Below are positions 28,301-40,090 of a stretch of DNA of 64,000 nucleotides, in pieces (position 1 is the stretch's first letter; each line of letters opens with the position of its first letter). The position numbers were made by a program, and so were the translations under genes. The notes under the pieces were generated by a model, which saw nothing but the letters and a program-made list of their open reading frames with translations, was not told where the DNA came from and ran no database searches. The stretch spans positions 67,704,001 through 67,768,000 of the forward strand of contig NC_042997.1 of NCBI RefSeq assembly GCF_006345805.1, given 5' to 3'. The stretch comes from Octopus sinensis (taxonomy: Eukaryota).

Positions 28301-29139
28301 CTCTCTCTTTTACGCTTTTACTTGTTTCAGTCATTTGACTGCGGCCATGCTGGAGCACTGCCTTTAGTCGAGCAAATCGACCCCGGACTTATTCTTTGTA
28401 AGCCCAGTACTTATTTTATCGGTCTCTTTTGCCAAACCGCTAAGTGACGGGGACGTAAACACACCAGCATCAGTTGTCAAGCAATGCTAGGGGGACAAAC
28501 ACAGACATACAAACACACACACATATATATATACATATATACGACAGGCTTCTTTCAGTTTCCGTCTACCAAATCCACTCACAAGGCATTGGTCGGCCTG
28601 GGGCTATAACAGAAGACATTTGCCCAAGATGCCACGCAGTGAGACTGAACCCAGAACCATGTGGTTGGTTAGCAAGCTACTTACCACACAGCCACTCCTC
28701 TTTTTCTTCATTAATTTTTTTCATTCCTCTTGCTCTTTTATTTTCCTTGTTCTCTTTTTATCTGCTTTCTTTTCCATCTCTCGTCTCATCAGCTTCCCTT
28801 CCTATCTTCTTCCACTCCTCTTCTCCATCATCCATTTTTCTGTCTCTTCTTCCTTTCTTGCCATCTCTTTCTTTTTTTTCTTCATCTGTCTCCCCCTTTT
28901 TTTTTCCATCTTTCATGTGTTCCTTTCTTTGTTTCGTTTTTCCTTCCTTGTTCCTTATTTCTTTCTTTTGAACTTTTTTCTTTTATATTTCTTTTAGGAA
29001 ACATTTAGAAGTGCCTACAATCAGTGAAGGTTTTGCTGAAATATTGAGCATCAACTTTGTGCCCAAATTCAGCTCACCAATGCATGAGAAACTTTACAAT
29101 TCATTTCTCCTTGACCGATATTTTGAAGAGAAGAACTAA
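16409..29139 (+). CDS. PNKP: 3' part of PNKP gene (4 coding exons: 16409-16518, 21874-21961, 28063-28121, 28998-29139); 5' exons not found in window
   Basis: Spliced translation DILGNWKKCVALCRQNLENGKSVVIDNTNPDRESRKR-YIDIAKQLCIPCRCFHFDVSLNHARHNEK-YRVMISKSKPIPDMVMHSYR-KHLEVPTISEGFAEILSINFVPKF...EEKN* matches the PNKP kinase-domain C-terminus from memory (DTLGxWxxC, IDNTNPD, CRCF, RHN, DMV, PTxxEGF). GT-AG introns with phases 2, 0, 2. Confidence 0.93.
16625..16990 (-). mobile_element. SINE family A
   Basis: gactgcagccatgctggagcaccgcc...gaagacacttgtccaatgtgccac. Confidence 0.8.
18027..19205 (+). pseudogene. RTE-clade LINE reverse transcriptase 3' fragment
   Basis: MERAFDRVP*...KLGIDKWLVRAVQAMYRDA...GVHQGS...WEL..ANDLALIAESLPELEEKFQVWKQGLE; stops and frameshifts. 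Confidence 0.9.
19340..19722 (+). mobile_element. RTE-associated 3'-tail repeat ending in (GAT)n; related pieces near 6100, 8170, 14770, 17660, 23090, 29810
   Basis: gtggttggtgttaggaagtgcatccagctgtagaaac...ccagcatggaaagcagatgctaaacgatgatgat recurs. Confidence 0.7.
21043..21240 (+). mobile_element. SINE family B; other + copies near 3880-4080, 13555-13705, 25805-26020, 29408-29580
   Basis: ggcagtgagctggcagaa...gttcaaat...ctttcatc...ggggtc...agtactgggg. Confidence 0.8.
21478..21649 (-). mobile_element. SINE family B; other - copies near 38430-38550, 39005-39140, 48665-48850
   Basis: reverse complement of the family B consensus seen at 21043. Confidence 0.8.
21874..21961 (+). CDS. PNKP: PNKP coding exon
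   Basis: tttctttatag|G TAC ATA...GAA AAG|gtaagg; YIDIAKQLCIPCRCFHFDVSLNHARHNEK. Confidence 0.93.
23515..23820 (+). mobile_element. SINE family A
   Basis: gagtggctg...ggttctgggttcagtcccactgc...gagtggatttggtag...cacttgacaaccagtg. Confidence 0.8.
24012..24338 (-). mobile_element. SINE family C (tRNA head), CpG-decayed copy; related pieces at 27100-27345 and 33400-33580
   Basis: homologous in reverse orientation to 31920-32236. Confidence 0.8.
27394..27834 (-). mobile_element. internally deleted Tc1/mariner-superfamily element with TIRs
   Basis: TIRs CAGGGTGGTCCTGAAATAACTGAACC / GGTTCGGTTACTTCTGGGCCACCCTG; TA on right; - strand PNLSPLDFFLWRVLKNQVFNAKPKTVNDLK transposase C-terminus. Confidence 0.8.
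28063..28121 (+). CDS. PNKP: PNKP coding exon
   Basis: tactttcag|TAT CGT GTG...TAT AG|gtaagt; YRVMISKSKPIPDMVMHSY(R). Confidence 0.9.
28313..28695 (-). mobile_element. SINE family A, well-preserved (young) copy
   Basis: complete head-to-tail copy retaining CpGs. Confidence 0.88.
28998..29139 (+). CDS. PNKP: PNKP last coding exon, stop TAA 29137-29139
   Basis: tttcttttag|G AAA CAT TTA GAA GTG CCT...AAC TAA; KHLEVPTISEGFAEILSINFVPKFSSPMHEKLYNSFLLDRYFEEKN*. Confidence 0.92.
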
Positions 29140-29157
29140 GAAATTTTAAGACATACA

Positions 29158-29161
<4 letters not shown>

Positions 29162-29244
<83 letters not shown>
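29162..29244. repeat. (GA)n microsatellite 22 nt after PNKP stop
   Basis: uninterrupted GA run. Confidence 0.97.
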
Positions 29245-29254
<10 letters not shown>

Positions 29255-29376
29255 GTCATGAATGTCTGCCAATCTCTTGTGAATAATCATTATAATTTTC
29301 CATTTCAGTAGTTTATCATCATTACCACATTTTCATCATCATCATCATTATAATAATAATTATTATTATTATTATC

Positions 29377-29407
<31 letters not shown>

Positions 29408-29710
29408 CAGTGAGCTGGCAGAATCATTAACATGCTGTCTTTATGTTTTGTGTTCAGATTCCAATGAGGTTGCCTTTGACTTTCATCCTTTTCAGGGTTG
29501 ATAAAATAAGTACCAGCTGAGTACTGGGGACCAATGTAATCAACTTATCCCCTCCCCTGAAATTACTGGCTTTGAAGCCATTATTTATGTGCATCACAAT
29601 TTTTTCTTTTTTTATCATCCAGTGAAGATAATTCATAGATACATCTAAAACTGACTTATTTTGTTCTTTTTTCTTCTCTTTGTTTTTATTACAATGTTGA
29701 TTTAAATAAC

Positions 29711-29716
29711 AATAAA
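29711..29716 (+). terminator. candidate PNKP polyadenylation signal
   Basis: AATAAA about 570 nt after the stop, outside the SINE; weak, because AT-rich DNA has many such hexamers. Confidence 0.3.
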
Positions 29717-30189
29717 ACTACTGTACTTTTAAGAATAATTGTACATTTTGATCAATATCATGTGGTGGAGTTTGGTAGGGAAGGGTGGAAATCGTGTGAC
29801 AGTCCTGCCCTGTTCACACTGGTGCCACATTAAAAGCACCCAAGACACTGTAAAGTGGTTGGTATTAGGAAAGGCATCCAGCAGTAGATACCAAGACAGA
29901 TCAGACTGAAATTTGGTGCAGCTCTACAGCTTGCCAGCCCTGGTCAAACCATCCAACCCATGGAGAATAGATGTTAAAGGATGATTATATATATATAAAT
30001 AAGGATAAGATAGTTAATTTAAAATAAAATAACGATTTTATCAAGTGGCCAGCATGGAAAAAATAACCTTCAAAGGTAATAATTATTAAAATTATAAATT
30101 ATGCTGAAAATAGCAGCCATGATCATGGCTGCTATTTTCAGTATGGTGGTATTTTCAGCATGGTGGTATTTCGTAGATACCCTAATTTA

Positions 30190-30235
<46 letters not shown>

Positions 30236-31069
30236 GTTTGTTTGTTTTCATGGCAATTTGTACATGATACCATAGGTTGGATAAATGTTATTAAGACAAT
30301 TGTTTTACAGCTGGATGGTCTTTCCTGAAGCTAGCCTCATGTATTTATATATAAAACCGAGTGTGTGTGTGTGTGTGCGGTGTGTATGTTCCTTATGGAT
30401 TCGAAAACTAAGCTGCTGATTTTGATGTATGAGGTACCAAAATTCTGTAGTCTTTCAGCTACCAAATGAAGTATGTTATTTGCACAACTCTTTTTACTAC
30501 AAGAATAATCCCGAAAATGAGGTCGGGTCGAACACTTGAGAGGTCATTTTCGAGCAATATTTGGATTTGCTTCTAACCTATGTTGTCAATTTTAATGTTT
30601 TTGGTGTCAAAATAACAAGGAGTGTTACGAGTGCATTTGTGATGCACAGAATCCTATTTGTCAATGGAAAGTGACCAAAAGACATGCTTCTTTGAAACAA
30701 TTATTGGCACATTTTCTGTCAATAATGGCCTTTTATGCCAAAACTAAACTGCCAGTGTGAATGTCTTCAGGATTTCATGATTAAACAATGTCTTTGAAGT
30801 ATTATGATACCATTTCTTTGCACAAAGCCATATTTTTCAACAGAAAATTGACTAATGAACTGTGTTTTTGGCATAATTGTAACTGCTTCTGGCATTACTA
30901 CTGAAAACAATTTGCCCATGTAGATTTTCTTGGTAATAAATGACTCAGGAATACCAAAAGAGCGTTCTCAGATTCAAATTCAGTAAAATTTACCTAAGGA
31001 TTAAGCACAGTAAGAGCCTATTTTCATTGAAGTGTGGTAAAGACATGAAGCAATGACTAAAACCTTTCG

Positions 31070-31886
31070 AGCCTTTCATGATAAACAATCCCCTTGTAGT
31101 CGAAGAAAACAGTCAACAGTGTCTTCACAGTGCTTCGAATCATCCGTGCTTTCTTTGGGCTCGGAGAGGCTGAGGTCTTCCACTGTGAAGACTAAGCATT
31201 TGTTTCGTTTATAGCCATTAGACCCAGTATTCATCACCCGTTATGACCATTTTCAAAGAGGTTTTCATCGTTCACGACACAATCAAAATCTTGTGCAACT
31301 GAAACCCCGAGTGTCTTTTTGGTCAGCTGAAAGCAGTTTTGGTATAAACTTGGCAGACACGCGTCATGTACCCAAATCTTCAATGATAATGAACTGAACA
31401 ATAACATCCTCTGATAACTCATGGATGGTGATTCGACGATTTCCCCTCACAGCTGCACGCACATCTGCAATGTTTTTCTCAATTCTGCTGCTTGCGGGTC
31501 TCCCAGAACGTTCGTCAATATCGACATTTTTTCAGCCATCTTGGAAATGTCTGAACCACTCTTACACTTATATGCGGCTCATACACTCCTCTCCATACAC
31601 TTTCTGCAACTTTGCGTAGGCCTCTGAGGAAGTATTGCCAAGCTTTTGGCAAAATTTGAAGCAGATTCTCTGCTCAGCTTTCTCTGTCATGGTCAATGCG
31701 ACGATCACATGCTACACATGTTCCTTCCTAGCACTGCTGTAAATAGAGGAAGTGAACTAGAACGTTAAAACTTAGTGTGTATGCACAGCAGAGTTCAAGG
31801 TCAATCTCTGCCTAGCAGCTTTACTCTGTGTACTTTAGCTTCGTTACTATGGAAACAGTTCGGATACTTATTGACCATACCAAGTA
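31070..31886 (-). mobile_element. mariner element, 3'-truncated, transposase pseudogene (ATG 31690)
   Basis: MTEKAEQRICFKFCQKLG...ERSGRP...RVSAKFIPKLLS...KTLLTVFFDYKGIVYHE with in-frame stops; TIR-like end at 31850-31886. Confidence 0.9.
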
Positions 31887-31919
31887 TGTATGTGTTTATG
31901 GTTACACTGGTAAAAAAAA

Positions 31920-32236
31920 GGCGCATGGCTCAGTGGTTAGAGCGTCGAACTTACGATCGTGAGTTGTGAGCTCGAATCCCGGACCAGGCTGCGTGTTGTG
32001 TTATTTCACGTTGCTCCAGTTTACACAGCTGTAGAAATGAGTTGCGACGTCACAGGTGCCAAGCTGTATCGGCCCCTTTGCCTTTCCCTTGGATAACACT
32101 GGTGGCGTGGAGAGAGGAGGCCGGTATGCATGGGCGACTGCTGGTCTTCCATAAACAACGTTGCCCAGACTTGTGCCTGAGAGGGTAACTTTCTAGGTGC
32201 AATCCCATGGTCTGTGTCGTGACCGAAGGGGGTCTC
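31920..32236 (+). mobile_element. SINE family C (tRNA head, A/B boxes), CpG-rich copy
   Basis: GGCGCATGGCTCAGTGGTTAGAGCG...GCTCGAATCCC head followed by non-tRNA body. Confidence 0.85.
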
Positions 32237-33613
32237 AGGGTAAAAAAAAACACAAAAAAACTGGTGTTTTTATGTTGTCTCCCATAACACTGGTGATTCG
32301 ACAAATAGAGATCAATAAGTATTAGACTGAAATAAGTACTGGAGTTGACATGAATGACTAAAGTCTTGAAGACAATACCCCAGCATGGTTGGAGTTCATT
32401 GAGTGGAACCAATAAAAGAACAATCCCCATTTTGTAAAAACTCATTACACACACACACATACACATACTCTCTCTCTCCCCCTCTCCCATCTCTCTCTGA
32501 CAAACTTTGAGGTGCCCCCTGCTTGGATACAAACCCAAAGGACTCAAATCAGGAAAATACTCTTACTCTATGTTACACAATTGTAAATTATCTTGGTGAT
32601 AATTATATTGATTTCTTTCTATACCTCAGCTCAGCATTTTCTGTATGTATATATATATATATATTATATATATATATAAACTAGCTTGGATGGTTTTTAA
32701 GCTAGCGTCTGTGGAGGGCACTTCATTGTGCCTTGAGCCCAATAATTACACTTCATGCATTGAGTACATATTAACCTTTTATTAAACTTGAACAATATTT
32801 TTAAAGCAATGAACAACTTTCGTCAAAACAATGATATAATATGTTGACTTGGAACTTATTGCAAAGGTTCATGATAAACAACACTTTTTGTCTTCCCATT
32901 CGGGGGTCAGTACAATTTTTCTGTTTAACCTCTTTCTTTCTTTCTTTCTTTCTTTCTGTTGATTATTTTCAACCATCAGTACCACCACCATCGCCACCAC
33001 AACTGCCATACACACACCATTCAGACTTTTGTCGCCACCACAATCAACACCTTTGACTTCACCACCATCACCACTGTCTTTCACATCCCTTACTATCACC
33101 GTCATGCTTTACCGCCTCAGCTGCCACCACCACATTCCTCACCCCATAGCCTATCTACTACCTCAACTGCTCTCTGAATTCTTCCAAATGCCAACAGTTC
33201 TTTATCTCTCCTGCATCAAGAACATTTATTTCATATCAATTCCTTTCTCTGACACTGATAGTACTAGTCACCATTATCGTCCTTCAACATGCTTAAACAG
33301 CCAATCCCAACCAGTGGGCTTCACAGTACAGGTTGTATTATTCATCCTTTTGATTGCTAAATACAAAACGTGGCTCATGAGACATCCGTTTAGGTGATTT
33401 TCTTGAGTCACCATCTCACCCTTGTACGCTGATCTGTCACAAGATTACCCATTTACAGCTGAGTGGACTGGGGTAATGTAAAGTGTTTTACTCAAGAACA
33501 CATAGTCAATGTGGGAATCGAAACCACGATCTCGCAATCGTGAGTGTAACTCCTTAACCAGTGGGCCACGTACCTTCACATAGTACTAGTGCGCCCAACA
33601 CACAAGGACTACA

Positions 33614-34221
33614 ACCTTTGACTTCTTACTGTCAAACTTAGTGTTTGTCAAAGTGTTGTTTCATTACCAACTGGATAACAAAACCACAGCTTTATCAATG
33701 TTACTTTTCATATAATCACACATTACACAATATTGCTAGTCTGTACTTCAAATCAGCTGATTGATTGGAGTTTCACAGGTTCTTGACAGGACATCTGCTT
33801 CAGGACATCTACTTCACTTTTGACATATTAGCGACCACTAAACTAGTGGAACCACATGTCTCTCCACATTCCTTACCACCAAAACATATAACCCCAAATG
33901 CCATAAGCGATTCACACTAGTACAAACGAAAATATGACCTCAAACAACTGAATAAATCATGAACCTCCACAAACTGGACAACTTTTACCATCACCGAAAC
34001 TTTTACAAGACCACCATCCAAAACCTGAAGGATGTCTCCATGCATTGCTCAGCGCACAAAATATCTCACCTTCTAAAACTGCTGCTAATTGTCTTTTACT
34101 AAAAGGATTGCAATTGCTTTGTAGTGTCCTTCCTTATTCTCCTCTCCTCAATCATAATGGCCCTATGAACAATACTCGTGGAAAAATCCTCTGCATTTGC
34201 TGCCCGCTTTACATATAACTC
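33614..34221. repeat. 608-bp segment duplicated at 46053-46660
   Basis: line-by-line comparison found 2 substitutions. Confidence 0.95.
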
Positions 34222-34659
34222 CATACTACTTTGACATGGTAAAATTTCTTCAAATCTGTCTCTCTCCACTCCTTCAAGCTCTCTCTTTCTCTCTCTCTCT
34301 CTCTCACACACACACACGCACACGCACCACTTTCAGTAACTTCAAACCAACTTAGGCTACTAGCTCTGACAATGTTTCTTCTATTAACTTCAAACAATGT
34401 ACTCAAAAGCTATCACCTATCTTCGCCTTATTCATCAAGCTCGCTCTTTTTCCAAAGGGATCTATCGAGATATCGATCTTTGGAAATGGCTATTGTGTCC
34501 CGTTCCCACGAGGAGTAACTCTTCTGAACCCACTAATTTTTTTATCTATCGCTTTTATTTTTTTCTACCTTTCCCAATATCTTAGGTTCTTCTTTATCTT
34601 TAATGACCATAATATGGTTTTCATAAATTCAGATTTACTGAAGATCTGATCTGTCATTC

Positions 34660-35100
34660 ACTAGTGAGCATTCACACTCTTGAAAAAATTGGTGTAAACG
34701 GTGTTGTACATGGCATGAGCAAGGCATTTGATTATGCCTGGCATCGCTCTCTCTCTCTCTTGGATCGGAGACCGTCAGATCACGCCACCGTAGCATCTGT
34801 TGATGGAGCTAGTTCGCTCTCTCTTCGTATGTCCCAACAATTATTACTTAAACTTTGAAAATTGCACCTCCCCACACTGTACATCAATGACCTATTATTG
34901 TCCATCATCTCAAACAATGACCATTTCTATATTGTCAGTGATACCATCATTCACTCCTCACTTACCTTCTACACCATAAGCACCATCTACATGCAACATA
35001 GATGATTCACGTCAAACCTGCATTATCTCTGTGAACACTGAACTCGATCTCGTCTCATTCAATAACATAGACACAATCACTGTAAACATTGAGTAAATGA
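34660..35100 (+). pseudogene. decayed CR1/L2-like RT fragment
   Basis: ...HGMSKAFDYAWHRSL... and ...LYINDLL... resemble the DISKAFDRVWH and YINDL RT motifs. Confidence 0.55.
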
Positions 35101-36486
35101 TTTTTGTCCTCCACTTCCCTAGTTATAGACAACACACAATTAAGATCCACCCAACGTAACTGGAACACACAATTAAGATCCACTAAAGTTTGCTGAGACT
35201 GTTCATCTGTCTTGTTGATCCCACGTTCAAATAGAACAAAAAATGCATTCTCTAAACTTGTTATTCTCTTCAGTATTAATACTTTAGCATCAATAGTTGC
35301 TAGTTGTTGAGCTGACTTGGGTACCGAAGCAACACTTTTTGACTACGCTGTTCCAGAATTTAAGGACTGGAAACATGCGTCCACTGTTTTATTGTATTGA
35401 AAGACCTAACTATAACAATAAAGTTGATGTAAAATCTGCCATTATGTGTGTGTGTGTGTGGTGTGTGTGTGTGTAGTTGTGGGGATAAATGTATGTGCTG
35501 GCTTACATTGTTAATGTAGGTGTGTGTGTGTTATGTGTGAAATTAGTGTGAATGTATTTTAGGGGAAGTGATGTTAGTGTGTGTGTCGGTAAGATGCACG
35601 AGTGTTGTGACGAGTCATGTATATGTGTATGTAATAGGCGTGTTAGTGATGCCTTTCGTGTGTTATTGAAGTGTTAAAATTTAAAACACACGAAAGGAAA
35701 TTTTTGGATTGTGTGTATATTTGGTATATGTTTGGTGTAAGTGCGTGCCACAAAACACTTCAAACACAGTTCTCAGACGTTGGTGTCCACTTTTCAGCTA
35801 ACACATTATGCTAGTGGTTTTGTATTTTCAAGACAATAACTTAGTGTACGTGTTTGACATTGTCATGTTTATGAAATTTTGTCAGTGTAAATATGTCTTC
35901 ACTGACGTAAGCAATCGTTTGCATTGTAATTTTATGCTAAAAGAGAAACAGCAAAGAAATATTTCCTTTCTGTTAATGTTTCAGTAATTAATTTCTAAAG
36001 TTTAAATAATTATTATATTAGAAGACAACGCATGGCCTTGTAAAAAGAAAAAAGAAAAAAGGCTGCAATAAGATAAGGAAAGGAACTTCAATAATAAGAC
36101 ACAAAAAAGAGCAGGGATCTTAGTTATAAGCTTTAAATATTAGCGAAGTAGGTTTTAGGAAATATTCACTAATTATTAAGAAGAATAAAAAATTTAGAAA
36201 TTTAGGGAGGCATAAAATGTCATTGGCAAAAAAATGTGCGAAAAGATTTTGTGATGTCGATGAATTTTGTTTGAAGTATTATTTGTGTAAACTGTATTGG
36301 ATGTAAGGCTTAAAGATAAGCAAGCTACGGATTTGGGATTCATTATCTGTAAGGAACTCAAAATGATTAAAAGTACATTTTCACTTTATTTTGTGAGACT
36401 TGGTATAATTTTATATACTTTTATATAGCTTTGGATCTCAAAATGTAAGTAAAGTTCATTAGATCCAAGTGGAAGACAAACTAGAC

Positions 36487-36702
36487 CAGGGGTGGGCAAA
36501 CTACGGCCCGCGGGCCGCATGCGGCCCGCCATAGGTTTTCATGCGGCCCGCCGAGAGCTTTTATGAATCCCAACTTCTATGCAGATACTTCGTAACTGTA
36601 CAGTAATTCACAATATTTTCAGTTGATTTTTATAAATGAGACCCGCCAAGGTTCCAAAGACGCACTGTGCGGCCCGCGATCAAAAAAGTTTGCCCACCCC
36701 TG
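36487..36702. mobile_element. hAT (Charlie-type) MITE, 216 bp
   Basis: 16-bp perfect TIR CAGGGGTGGGCAAACT / AGTTTGCCCACCCCTG; 8-bp TSD AACTAGAC (36479-36486, 36703-36710); GCGGCCCGC subterminal repeats. Confidence 0.95.
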
Positions 36703-38619
36703 AACTAGACTGAAAGCTCGCACACTAAATTAAATATATAGGTCCGAAGTTCAAGATTTTAAAAGTAATTGGTATATAGGTCATGATTTTACTTTTCTCA
36801 AAATCACGAAGAGTTTTGGGTGTTTAGCATCAGATTAGTCCAAGTTGTACAGATTTATGCTCAAAGGCAATGTGTGATCTTGCTATTGTTTTAGACAATT
36901 TGTCTCAGAGTACATTGTCCAATATAGCCTTTTTAAAGTGATTTAAAAGACATTTCGCTGTTAATTTTACAGATTGTGTCATCATAGAAGCGCCCTAACT
37001 GGTTCATAGGTATTATAGAAAGAATTGGGAAGCAAAGTCGGGTCTTGAAATTGCTCCACTCAGAATCTAATATATAAAAATGTAGTTAGATTGATGGCAA
37101 AGAAAAGTTATAAAAGAAAACCGACAAAATTGGGAAAATATACGCCAAGAAAGTAGGACATTGGAAACTGAATTTGATGTTAACCAGACTGTTAAAGATG
37201 AGCTAGCGAGGGCTAAATAGCTTGGTCAGTTGTGCAAAGCAGTGCCGATGACAGATTGCAATGAGTGATTGTTAGGATGTTATTAAACGTACAGAACACT
37301 ATAAGGGTAAATTAGAATCAAATATATACGCGGCAACGACAAAATATGAAACTTTTGACCAGCTTTTATTTGATTTCTATAAATGTATGAAATATTTATT
37401 GGTGAATTGAGCGGTGCTTTTGCTTGATAAATTTAATGTGGAAAGGACTTTTGTTTTTTTTTGACATCTCACACAGTCCATAATTAGAACCAATCTGTAG
37501 GGAGAAACTCTAGTCTGAGGTTGACATCTAGAGTGACTTCTTCAGGCCTATAGGAAGAGCTGAACATAGCACTGCATATTTGAAAACTTTGGAACGAGTA
37601 GTTGTTCTTGCCTGGATTGCTGATTGAGTCTTAAGTGTTTTAATTACACACACAATACGGTTACTGAGGACGAGACAAACCAGTAATTTCTCGGCTGATT
37701 GTTCACTAACTTATCTATCTCACTCTGACTTTGTTAACAGAATCACAATAATAAAATTAAGATTTCTTTATTAGGGTATAAGAACCTTAATAGTTACACA
37801 AAAAGTCAAGATAAAAAGCTGATGTGTTTATTCTGAAGGATATGAGCGCATTAACAGAAACTACTCCAAGAAATTCGATTGCCAGGTTATACATTTCGTT
37901 GCCAAAGAAAAAAGTAAAACAAAAACAAATCAAAACGAAACATTAAAATGGAACATGATATCGGAAATTGGCAAAATAATTTTTATACATCCCATCTGTG
38001 TTTTCTCCTCCTCTTCTATCGATCAGCTTTGTCGGTGACCAAAATTGAGCGTCACGGTTTCTTTCTAATTTTACACATTAATAGCAAATATTGAATTTTT
38101 AAACCGCTATAGGATTAATACATATATTTCTAAATAACGCAGCACTAGTTTGATACGAAATACGACACATCGATCGGAATTGCTCGACTCTGCTGATATG
38201 ATTAACTGTTACCTGTTATAGAATTAATTTATAGTGAGTCCCGAATCCCATTATATTGTAGAGGTACAAGTGAAATTTCTTCAGGTAGTATTAATAGAGG
38301 AAATCAGATTGGTTTTGGGGGTCCCCATTTCTAGAAGAGTAATATTTCCGCCTTGTTGGTAAACGAAACAGTTGTCAGGAAATGGGAGTTAAAATGAAAT
38401 TTTTTAGAATTCATTCTACTATAGATACAAGGACAGCAATTTTTAGGGGAGGGGTAAGTTGATTATATCGCGCCCAGTGCTCAACTGATGCTTATTTTAT
38501 CGATCTTGAAGAAGTGAAAAGCATAGTCGATCTCAGTGGAACTTGAACTAATCACACTCGATGGCTAAGGGATTGGTAAATTTAAAGGCTAACTACATTT
38601 GATAATTTTGGATAATTAG

Positions 38620-39000
38620 GCGCAGGTGTGGATGTATGGTAAGAAGCTTTAATTTCTAATCTTATGGTTCCGGATTCAGTCCTACTGAGTGGCACCTTGG
38701 GCGAGTGTCTTCTACTATAGCCTTGGGCCGACCAAAGCCTCGTGAATGGATTTGATAGACGGAAACTGAAAGAAGCCCGTCGTATATATGTATGTATATA
38801 TGTGTATGTGTGTGTGTGTGTGGTCTTTGTGTCTGTGTTTGTGCCCCACCATCGCTTGACAACCGGTGTTGGTGTGTTTAAGTCCCAGTAACTTAGCAGT
38901 TCGACAAAAGGAACCAAGCTTAAAAGGAAATAAGTACTAGAGTCGATTCGTTTGACTAAAATTCTTTAAGGCGTGTCTCAGCATGGTCGCAGTCTAATGA
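38620..39000 (+). mobile_element. SINE family A
   Basis: ggcgcaggtgtgg...gtggcaccttgggcgagtgtcttctactatagcc...cagcatggtcgcagtc. Confidence 0.82.
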
Positions 39001-40090
39001 CGCGTAACTGGTACTTATTTAATCGACCCCGAAAGGATGAAAGGCAAAGTCGACCTTGGCGAAATTTGAACTCAGAACGTAACGGCAGACGAAATACGGC
39101 TACGCATTTCGCCCGGCGTGCTAACGTTTCTGTCAGCTCCATGCCTTACTGTCTATACGTATGCAGCATGAATATGATCTATGAGCGACATGTTCATAAC
39201 ATGCCAAATCAACTGAGGCAACACAGATACAACATACAATTTCGAACTTGAATCGTAGTTACAGTTGAAGTGACGTAAAGGTTTGCACGTAGGCGTAATT
39301 GGAACTTATTTTTCTTTTCCCATTTTTCAATAAGATGTAACCAAACCAACTGTACGGTTACAGTTTTAGAAATTGAAACGTAGAAAAGTTAAAGATCAAA
39401 GTGAAACTTAGAAACAAGAAGTTTGTATATTTTTGCCTGTATAAATATTTAGATAATTTTGAAAAGAGATGCATATTAAATGCAATAAAATATTTATTCG
39501 TTTCTCAAAACATTATTTAAAACAAATGAAAACTATACTTTAAACGATATATATTTTAAATGACTGCACATTTAACGCATTTATTCCTACCACTTCATTT
39601 TAAAATTAATGAAAATTACATGCATTAAAACAGGTAAGAGACATATTTAAAATTATCAAACAAATTCATATTGTCCACCTTTGTATCAGTAAATTGAATT
39701 AAAAATTCTCGATGGTTTGTAGAATTTTCTTCGAAATTGTATTTGACGATTTGTAATTTAAGTTGCTGATACAAAGGAAGGCAATAAGAATTTCTCATAG
39801 TCTCAAGAATTTTTTTTATCACTTTAAATAAATATCGTTTTTAATTTATAATTTTCTTTACCTTGTTTTTTTTTTAAACATATCGTTTAGATACACATAA
39901 TTTTCATTAATTATGAATGAAATGAAGAAGCGTCCTGTTGTTTTAATACACACAATTTCAAGGATAGTTTTAAATGGGAATTTTTATTACTTTCAAAATG
40001 ATATTGATACAAGGGAAAAGACAAACAAGGGGCTCTTCCTGGCGAGCACTGCAATGCAAACCTAGACTAGCTCAGGAAACCCTCTTTCTG

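Noticed and set aside
30343-31060. Possible non-autonomous Helitron 5' end (tatatataaaaccgagtgtgtg...)
   Set aside because: No matching hairpin-CTAG 3' end found; too weak to call.
31920-31995. tRNA-like sequence (also 61635-61700)
   Set aside because: A/B-box heads continue into SINE bodies with no proper acceptor stem; not tRNA genes.
37655-37705. CTGAGGA followed by CGAGA/TCTCG stem
   Set aside because: No GAAA or stem III follows; not a hammerhead.
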